Virus record (IMG/VR): IMGVR_UViG_2802429224_000013
From: a virus
Lineage: Duplodnaviria; Heunggongvirae; Uroviricota; Caudoviricetes
Length of the DNA stretch: 8,403 bases
Reading direction: 5' to 3' (one strand)
Numbering within the stretch: position 1 is the first letter of the stretch; the number at the start of each line of letters is the position of its first letter. A program made the position numbers and the translations under genes. This document shows positions 1-4,835 of this stretch, in pieces. The notes beneath the pieces are model-generated. The model ran no database searches, was not told the origin of the DNA, and saw only the letters and a list, made by a program, of their open reading frames with translations.

Positions 1-32
1 AAAACAGCCATGTGTAACGCTCTGACCGTTAC

Positions 33-63
33 AAAAAGAGAAAGCGCCCCGTTGCCGGAGCGC
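33..63 (-). terminator. Rho-independent terminator closing the leftward repressor unit
   Basis: Seen in sequence: GCGCCCCG (44-51) pairs with CGGAGCGC (56-63) around a 4-nt loop. On the minus-strand RNA this is an 8-bp stem with one G.U pair, followed by UUUCUCUUUUU (complement of 33-43). On the plus strand only CTTTGTG follows the stem, so it is mainly a minus-strand terminator. Confidence 0.6.
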
Positions 64-314
64 CTTTGTGAACGAATTACCTGTAGCACCGCGATGTTTG
101 CTATATGGGTGAATTTTAGCGACAAGTTCGTTCAATGTGAAGGCGCTGATCACCGTTACTACAGCACGCCAGAAATGCAGAATATTTTGCTGCAAAATGC
201 CGTTGGCCACGCCGTCCGGAAAGCAAAAAATTTTGCTGGTGGCGCGACCGATACGATTTTTTCTGGTAGCCCGGTGCTGATCAACTTAGCTTGGATTTAT
301 GTGCAACATTGCAA

Positions 315-467
315 CTATTCCGACTTTAAGCTGAATGTGACTTTACCTATATCTTTAGAGGTGTGGTCGCGCTTGACCTCTATTTCACCATTTTGTAGCC
401 CTGCTACAAAAAAATATAAAAGTGTCAATGCTGCTGCAATCAGTAACCATTTTCTAGGAATATACAT
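315..467 (-). CDS. Small single-pass membrane protein (50 aa), function unknown
   Basis: Hand-translated minus-strand ORF, below the length cutoff of the supplied track: MYIPRKWLLIAAALTLLYFFVAGLQNGEIEVKRDHTSKDIGKVTFSLKSE. It has a basic N-terminus, an ~18-residue hydrophobic helix and a charged tail. It starts 21 nt after the RHH stop, on the same strand, upstream of the terminator at 33-63. The SD is weak (AAGGG, 11 nt upstream). No homologue recognised. Confidence 0.45.
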   Translation of the reverse strand: MYIPRKWLLIAAALTLLYFFVAGLQNGEIEVKRDHTSKDIGKVTFSLKSE

Positions 468-488
468 TCTTGATTTTACCCTTAATCA

Positions 489-662
489 TCAACCTTTTGG
501 CTCGATGCCCCGCTGTTGTAATTCTTTGCGGAGTACTCGTTTAATCCAAGTAGCTAATGAGGTGTCGCCGTCTGCTTTGGCTGCCTCCTCAAGTTGCGCT
601 CTAAATTCTTCTGGTAGTCGCATTTGGTATGGTGGCGATCGTTTCTCTAATGGTGTTGACAT
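489..662 (-). CDS. Arc/Mnt-family ribbon-helix-helix DNA-binding protein (57 aa), probable island repressor
   Basis: Hand-translated minus-strand ORF, not in the track: MSTPLEKRSPPYQMRLPEEFRAQLEEAAKADGDTSLATWIKRVLRKELQQRGIEPKG. The segment PPYQMRLPEEFRAQL...DGDTSLATWIKRVL aligns by eye with P22 Arc (PQFNLRWPREVLDL...NGRSVNSEIYQRVM), giving beta-strand, helix, helix. The SD AAGGG lies 8 nt before the ATG. The start codon abuts a perfect palindrome. Confidence 0.72.
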   Translation of the reverse strand: MSTPLEKRSPPYQMRLPEEFRAQLEEAAKADGDTSLATWIKRVLRKELQQRGIEPKG

Positions 663-684
663 GGTAATTACCCTTAATTACTAT
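656..684 (+). promoter_or_regulatory. Putative sigma70 promoter for the rightward operon
   Basis: Seen in sequence: consensus -35 TTGACA (656-661), a 17-nt spacer, then TACTAT (679-684, 4/6 to TATAAT). The spacer contains the GGTAATTACC palindrome. The predicted start near 691 gives a ~100-nt 5' UTR before the ATG at 793. A possible leftward -10 TACAAT is the complement of 703-708. Not experimentally supported. Confidence 0.4.
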
Positions 685-714
685 AGTTACATGGTAATTA
701 CCATTGTACTTACC
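659..714. promoter_or_regulatory. Operator region: two copies of palindrome GGTAATTACC plus an extra half-site
   Basis: Seen in sequence: the 14-bp exact direct repeat ACATGGTAATTACC occurs at 659-672 and 689-702, 30 bp apart centre to centre. Each copy contains the perfect 10-bp palindrome GGTAATTACC (663-672, 693-702). A further TTACC half-site lies at 710-714. The repeats sit between divergent genes, overlap both putative promoters and abut the RHH start codon. Assigning them to the RHH protein is inference. Confidence 0.55.
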
Positions 715-720
715 ATTACG

Positions 721-762
721 CAAAAAACAACGCCCCGCAGTGCTGGAACACATGCAGGGCGT
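721..762 (-). terminator. Orphan minus-strand intrinsic-terminator-like hairpin inside the rightward 5' UTR
   Basis: Seen in sequence: ACGCCCCGCA (730-739) pairs with TGCAGGGCGT (753-762), a 10-bp GC-rich stem with one mismatch and a 13-nt loop. On the minus strand it is followed by UGUUUUUUG (complement of 721-729). No minus-strand gene lies upstream of it, so it may end a small antisense RNA. Confidence 0.5.
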
Positions 763-792
763 CTAACCAAACCGTTAAACGAGGTAACGATT

Positions 793-1161
793 ATGGCTGG
801 AACACAGCATACCCAAACTCACCCTAAATTTATATACACCTTCCTGGCGGTGCACCGTGATTGCATCGCTGACGGTAAAAATACTGTTCATGTAGCCGCC
901 GATACGCTGGTTGATGCCTGCGAGATGCTCAATGACATGGGCTATATCTCGGCAACATGGAAAGGGCGTGAAGAAAACACGTTGTTTATTCAGAAATGCG
1001 AAAACAATTTTATCTGGCGTTTTATCGCCCTGAGTACGGCACAACCGCGCGTGATTCACATCGAGGCCACCAGCGAACAGGAAGCACGCCAGCAATCTCC
1101 TGATGGCTGCGTGATGGTATTCGCTGCCCGTATTCGCCAGGAGGTGCATCATGTGCAATAA
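793..1161 (+). CDS. Icd-like (host cell division inhibitor-like / Ash-region) protein, 122 aa
   Basis: This is the C-terminal part of track ORF 10..1161. GAGG (781-784) lies 8 nt before the ATG at 793. The motif THPKFIYTFLAV...NFIWRFIAL...RVIHIEATSEQEAR...VMVFAARIRQEV matches my memory of proteins annotated 'host cell division inhibitor Icd-like' in P4-like and PICI-like islands. That family call is from recall and is not verified. Confidence 0.6.
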   Translation: MAGTQHTQTHPKFIYTFLAVHRDCIADGKNTVHVAADTLVDACEMLNDMGYISATWKGREENTLFIQKCENNFIWRFIALSTAQPRVIHIEATSEQEARQQSPDGCVMVFAARIRQEVHHVQ

Positions 1162-1369
1162 AAACACGCCGGACGCAGCCGCCGAAGCCATCAAAACGCT
1201 AATGCACGCGCTGATTGATATTAATTACACGGCAGGGCTGGCAAAGAATAAAAAAGATGCGGTATTCACATCGAGCGTACTGGAATCTATTCAGATTATT
1301 GCTGAGCATGCACTGAATAAATCTCAAAATATTCTGATTGCTGATGTGCAGGAGGTGCACCATGCATAA
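1151..1369 (+). CDS. Hypothetical small protein (72 aa)
   Basis: Track ORF. AGGAGG (1139-1144) lies 6 nt before the ATG at 1151, and the start overlaps the upstream gene end by 11 nt, which indicates translational coupling. No family recognised. Confidence 0.6.
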   Translation: MCNKNTPDAAAEAIKTLMHALIDINYTAGLAKNKKDAVFTSSVLESIQIIAEHALNKSQNILIADVQEVHHA

Positions 1370-1730
1370 CCTGTCAATTTCTGACCTTAACAGCATTCAG
1401 TTTGACGAGAAATTTACCGGGCAGTTGCTGGTCAATGTGGAGAACGGGCGCATAGTGCGTAATTACCACCTGCCGGATGGTGCAATTGCCGGAAGCGTTG
1501 AAGCATTGCTGGAACTGGCGGAACGTGCGCGACTGATTAAGCCGTCAACGTGCCATCACGATGATGATCTGCATTTTACCGGGTGTATGGTGAGTCACTA
1601 CGAAAACGGCGTTGAAGTATCCTGCGAACGTCTGCGTGATGATTGCTGTTTCGGCACACTGCCGGAATTTATCGAATTGCTGACCAGTTGCGGTTATCAG
1701 GTCATTCAGGGGGGGGTGAATCATGGGTAA
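1362..1730 (+). CDS. Hypothetical protein (122 aa) with two copies of an ~45-aa FTG...(E/D)(N/K)G repeat
   Basis: Track ORF 1338..1730, with the start moved to the ATG at 1362 because AGGAGG (1350-1355) lies 6 nt upstream. It overlaps the upstream stop. The internal duplication is visible in the translation (FTGQLLVNVENGRIV... and FTGCMVSHYENGVEV...). Confidence 0.68.
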   Translation: MHNLSISDLNSIQFDEKFTGQLLVNVENGRIVRNYHLPDGAIAGSVEALLELAERARLIKPSTCHHDDDLHFTGCMVSHYENGVEVSCERLRDDCCFGTLPEFIELLTSCGYQVIQGGVNHG

Positions 1731-1923
1731 TAAGCCAGCAACAATGACAATTACCCTGAATGTGCCAGAGGATTTCACCGGACGCATACTGGTTTACCTG
1801 GATAAAGGGAAAGTGAAATCACAATGCCGGCTGCGAAATAATGAAATTGTAAGTACGGCAGAAGGCTTTTCTGAACTCTGTATTAGTGCAGGAATAAAAC
1901 CGGAACTGCTGACAGGAAAATAA
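1723..1923 (+). CDS. Hypothetical protein (66 aa) with one copy of the same FTG repeat
   Basis: Track ORF. A G-rich SD (GGGGGGGTG, 1710-1718) precedes the ATG at 1723, and the start overlaps the upstream stop (TAA 1728-1730). The segment FTGRILVYLDKGKV... is paralogous to the repeats in 1362-1730. Confidence 0.62.
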   Translation: MGNKPATMTITLNVPEDFTGRILVYLDKGKVKSQCRLRNNEIVSTAEGFSELCISAGIKPELLTGK

Positions 1924-1927
1924 AACC

Positions 1928-2218
1928 ATGAAAAAGAAAAATTCTGGCTTTACTGCCAGCGGTCTCTCTCGGCCTGAAATCAGACACGGAGATATTTACC
2001 GCGACACCAGACGTGGGGGACGAGTGGTTATTCGTCACGTTACGCCAGGCAATATCACCTACCGCCGTGAGGCTTACGAATATGACTGCGTAATGCCGCG
2101 CCGTCAGTTTGAGCGTGATTTTATTCTGGTTGAAAACAAACAACAGGCAGTGGCAAGACGTGCAGCCACGAATATTAAAAAAATCCGGGCAATGTTGGTT
2201 GCGGGAGGTAAGAAGTGA
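1928..2218 (+). CDS. DUF4222-like small protein (96 aa)
   Basis: Track ORF. AGGAAA lies 8 nt upstream of the start. The pattern GDIYRDTRRGGRVVIRHVTPGNITYRREAYEYDCVMPRRQFERDF resembles DUF4222 proteins common in enterobacterial prophage-like islands. That call is from recall. The stop overlaps the next start (GTGA at 2215-2218). Confidence 0.65.
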   Translation: MKKKNSGFTASGLSRPEIRHGDIYRDTRRGGRVVIRHVTPGNITYRREAYEYDCVMPRRQFERDFILVENKQQAVARRAATNIKKIRAMLVAGGKK

Positions 2219-3627
2219 AAAACGCACCGAATTTAAAATATCAGCCGAAGGATAAATTCACCGAGGTAATCATTTTTGCCGGGACGGACGCTTACTCCCA
2301 TGCTCAACACTGGATTGAAAGCGAAGGACGAAAACACGGCGATAACGTACCACCTGTTTACCTGGGGCCGAAGCAACTGGCAGACCTGGCGAATATCCGC
2401 ATTATTGACGAGAAACGCCGCTTTGCGCGTGTCTATCTCGCGGGGGAGATCGAACCAATCCAGATCAATGCTATCGCTGAAAAACTGGCGCTGGCTGGCG
2501 TACAGGAGGCGAAATTATACAAAGGCATCACCGACCGGGAGCCGGAGAACTGGCGCGATTACCTGCAACGAATCCGCGAACAGCCAGAGCACGAAGAAAT
2601 GCTTACTGACGAGCAATACAGCCAGCGAAAAACCACACTACCAATGAGCATTGGATCGGAAGGATATGATTCACAGCTTAGCTATGTAGTTAAGGGCGTG
2701 ATTCCGGCTAATTCGCTATGTAGCACATACGGTGCGAGCGGTTCTTATAAGTCGTTCCTTGCGTGTTCGTGGGCATGTCATGTTGCTACCGGTATCCCGT
2801 GGGGAGGTCGCAGGGTTGTACATGGTGCGGTTATGTATGTCGTTGGTGAGGGCGGGATCGGTGTTCCTCGTCGTATCAAGGCATGGGAACTGGTGAACAG
2901 TGAGCAGGTGAAAAATCTGTACCTGGTAAATCGTCCAATTTTTCCGGCCGCACCGAGTGATGTTGATGAAATGGTTATTGCTGCCCGACAGGTTGAGCTG
3001 GAAACGGGTAAACCTGTACGCATGATTATTCTGGATACTCTGGCGCGTTGCTTTGGTGGCAGCGATGAAAATGATGCGCGGGATATGGGGGCATTTGTCC
3101 ATGGATGTGACGAACTGAAACGGCGTACAGGCGCTACAGTGCTGGTAATTCACCATTCCGGCAAGGATGAAACAAAGGGTGCGCGCGGTTCCAGTGCGTT
3201 TCGTGCAGCACTGGATGCAGAGTACCGGATACGCCGTGAAGGTGCAGGCAGTGAAGCCCTGGTTATCGCATGTACCAAGATGAAGGATGCGGAGGAACTG
3301 AAAGAAATGGCTTGCGATTTGCGCGAGGTTGAGCTTTTCAAGGATGAAGGCGGGGAGTTAATCACGTCGTTGGTGCTGGAGGATAAACCCCGTCCGCCAG
3401 TTGAACTGGAGCGCATCGAGTACGTTGCTAACAAGACAGAGAATCACGCCGCGCTATGGGGCTGTATCCGTTCACGCACGCAACGCGGAGATAAATGCAC
3501 TATCCCGTTGTTGCGCGATGACATGAAAAAGCTGGGGTATGAGATGAAAAACTTCCGACGCTGGCTGTACAAGCTGGAAGGTGACGGCGTAATCGCTATT
3601 GACGATGATGACGTGCGCCCACTGTAA
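2215..3627 (+). CDS. Replication initiator/helicase-type RecA-fold ATPase (AAA_25/RepA-DnaB-like), 470 aa, with C-terminal winged-helix-like domain
   Basis: This is the longest ORF. It has a GTG start coupled to the upstream stop. The Walker A-like motif is GASGSYKS (nt 2731-2754) and the Walker B-like motif is MIILD (nt 3022-3036). LARCFGGSDENDARDMGAF and VLVIHHSGKD are typical of AAA_25/RepA-type proteins. The basic C-terminal ~70 aa is consistent with a DNA-binding domain. Iterons begin at its stop codon. Confidence 0.88.
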   Translation: MKNAPNLKYQPKDKFTEVIIFAGTDAYSHAQHWIESEGRKHGDNVPPVYLGPKQLADLANIRIIDEKRRFARVYLAGEIEPIQINAIAEKLALAGVQEAKLYKGITDREPENWRDYLQRIREQPEHEEMLTDEQYSQRKTTLPMSIGSEGYDSQLSYVVKGVIPANSLCSTYGASGSYKSFLACSWACHVATGIPWGGRRVVHGAVMYVVGEGGIGVPRRIKAWELVNSEQVKNLYLVNRPIFPAAPSDVDEMVIAARQVELETGKPVRMIILDTLARCFGGSDENDARDMGAFVHGCDELKRRTGATVLVIHHSGKDETKGARGSSAFRAALDAEYRIRREGAGSEALVIACTKMKDAEELKEMACDLREVELFKDEGGELITSLVLEDKPRPPVELERIEYVANKTENHAALWGCIRSRTQRGDKCTIPLLRDDMKKLGYEMKNFRRWLYKLEGDGVIAIDDDDVRPL

Positions 3628-4013
3628 AAAGTGAGGCGTAAAAGTGAGGGGGACAGGGAATATTTAAAAATCACCCCTGTTTCCCTCACTTCTCAACCTG
3701 TATATATACCAAAAAGTGAGGAGTTAATTTTGTACTAAAAAAACAAAGAGTTAAGTGTATTCGCATTTTCTATTTTTGAATATAGGGCAAATAATAAATG
3801 TGAGTAGTAAATGTGAGGAATAGTGAGTAAATAGAATAAATTCTCTGGAAATTACAAACAGGTAAAAAATAAAACAAATAAAGATTTTAACTAAAACTTA
3901 ACTATTTGCCTCATATTTGCGTATATATAGGGGTTTTAAAGTGAATACTTAAAAATACATTTAAAATCATATTGTTATTAACTTCATAAATTCTCACTGT
4001 GTAGCAGGTGAGG
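3626..4013. other. Putative origin of replication: GTGAG(G) iterons flanking an AT-rich core
   Basis: Seen in sequence: AAAAGTGAGG occurs at 3627-3636, 3640-3649 and 3712-3721, with an inverted copy CCTCACTT at 3684-3691. Variants are AAATGTGAGT (3796-3805), AAATGTGAGG (3809-3818), AATAGTGAGT (3819-3828), an inverted CTCAC (3993-3997) and GTGAGG (4008-4013). The clusters flank a very AT-rich stretch (~3829-3992) containing GTATATATA at 3700-3708 and 3921-3929. A 15-bp imperfect inverted repeat spans 3644-3658 and 3675-3689. The origin function is inferred from its position next to the replication gene, as in SaPI/PICI ori. Confidence 0.62.
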
Positions 4014-4038
4014 AATTAAAAAATCAGGAATGTTAAAA

Positions 4039-4812
4039 ATGAAAACAGAACGTTACATACCTCAGGGTATGACTTACATAGAGCGTGAAGAACTGAAAAG
4101 TTTTGCGACATCATGTGGACTACGCGGCGATATTCAGAGCCTTACCAGAACTCTGATAATGATTGCGCACTGGATGAGGCAGGGTAAGCCAGTGAGCTTC
4201 ACAGAATACGCCAGCCAGTGGACAGAGGCACAGCGCGAACGGGACGACGGTAATCACTCAACGCCTGAAATGGCGAAGCAATGGCCTTTCAGTGGCAAAC
4301 GATGCATTTATCCCAGGTGCTCCGATTACTACCCATACGGAACGGAAAGAGAACATCAGGATGACGAAACGGAAATTAAACACGCAGTAACGGTAATTCT
4401 TGCCAAATACCCGTTTTTTAACCGCAATGGTCTTGTTCGGTATAGCCGTGACAAGCCATGGGAGCACCCGCTTGATTATGTCTGTTTTATGGAGGAGGCA
4501 AAAAGCTGTTTGCGCTGGATAAGGGAGAACAATCTTACCGACTGCAAAATTGCATCATTCCCCGGTAAAAATCCGACATCCTACGGCCTGAAACATTGTG
4601 TTGAACGGGCGAATCAAATAAGAGCAAAGGCAAACGGAAAACCCACGGAGCCGACGTATATCACAAACGGTGCTCTAATTGCCGCAATGGTCGCGGCTGG
4701 TTATCAGATAAAGCCTGAAGGAAGGATGAATTGCCGATTCAATATTTCGCGTAAGCAGCTTAAGAGTGTATTGAGCGGGGAATCTTACAAATCAGGAGAG
4801 TGGACGATATAA
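4039..4812 (+). CDS. Hypothetical protein (257 aa), no family recognised
   Basis: Track ORF 4030..4812. The ATG at 4039 is preferred because AGGA (4026-4029) lies 9 nt upstream and abuts the ATG at 4030. It is the first gene after the AT-rich ori region and contains several Cys residues (for example CIYPRC). I cannot assign a domain by eye. Confidence 0.72.
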   Translation: MKTERYIPQGMTYIEREELKSFATSCGLRGDIQSLTRTLIMIAHWMRQGKPVSFTEYASQWTEAQRERDDGNHSTPEMAKQWPFSGKRCIYPRCSDYYPYGTEREHQDDETEIKHAVTVILAKYPFFNRNGLVRYSRDKPWEHPLDYVCFMEEAKSCLRWIRENNLTDCKIASFPGKNPTSYGLKHCVERANQIRAKANGKPTEPTYITNGALIAAMVAAGYQIKPEGRMNCRFNISRKQLKSVLSGESYKSGEWTI

Positions 4813-4835
4813 CAGAAACATCTATGGGGCAAAGC

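Noticed and set aside
166-288. 40-aa minus-strand TTG-initiated ORF (LISTGLPEKIVSV...)
   Set aside because: It has a non-ATG start without an SD, a hydrophobic and Cys-rich odd composition, and nothing recognisable. It is insufficient support for a CDS call.
315-662. Type II toxin-antitoxin pair (RHH antitoxin plus downstream toxin)
   Set aside because: The downstream product is a 50-aa membrane peptide with no resemblance to known type II toxin folds. The RHH gene also sits at a divergent operator like a phage repressor. I kept this only as an alternative hypothesis in the findings.
10-1161. 383-aa plus-strand ORF from the track
   Set aside because: It runs antisense through two better-supported minus-strand ORFs (Arc-like RHH 489-662 and membrane peptide 315-467). 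It also crosses the palindromic operator region and two terminator hairpins. Only its last third (793-1161), which has its own SD and an Icd-like motif, is kept as a gene.
775-2227. Minus-strand track ORFs 775..1194, 1199..1396, 1545..1787 and 1883..2227
   Set aside because: They are antisense shadows of the tightly coupled plus-strand operon. They lack SD sequences, have low-complexity or Cys/His-rich odd composition, and each spans plus-strand gene junctions.
2276-3689. Track ORFs inside or antisense to the replication gene (2276..2647 +, 2716..3156 -, 2778..3023 -, 3150..3434 -, 3444..3689 -)
   Set aside because: All are overlapped by the 470-aa ORF, which carries clear Walker A/B and AAA_25-type motifs. 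The alternative frames give Ser/Arg/Thr-rich sequences typical of off-frame translation.
3644-3689. Classical rho-independent terminator for the replication gene
   Set aside because: The 15-bp inverted repeat is strong, but it is followed by TTCTCAACC rather than a U-tract, and its arms are iteron copies. I treat it as part of the origin, possibly a stem-loop, rather than calling it a terminator.
3626-4029. DnaA boxes, IHF site and a promoter for the 4039 gene in the AT-rich region
   Set aside because: I found no TTATCCACA-like 9-mer. AATCATATTGTTA is only a partial IHF-like match. Several weak -10-like hexamers (CATAAA, TCATAA) have no convincing -35 partner. The evidence is too weak to annotate.
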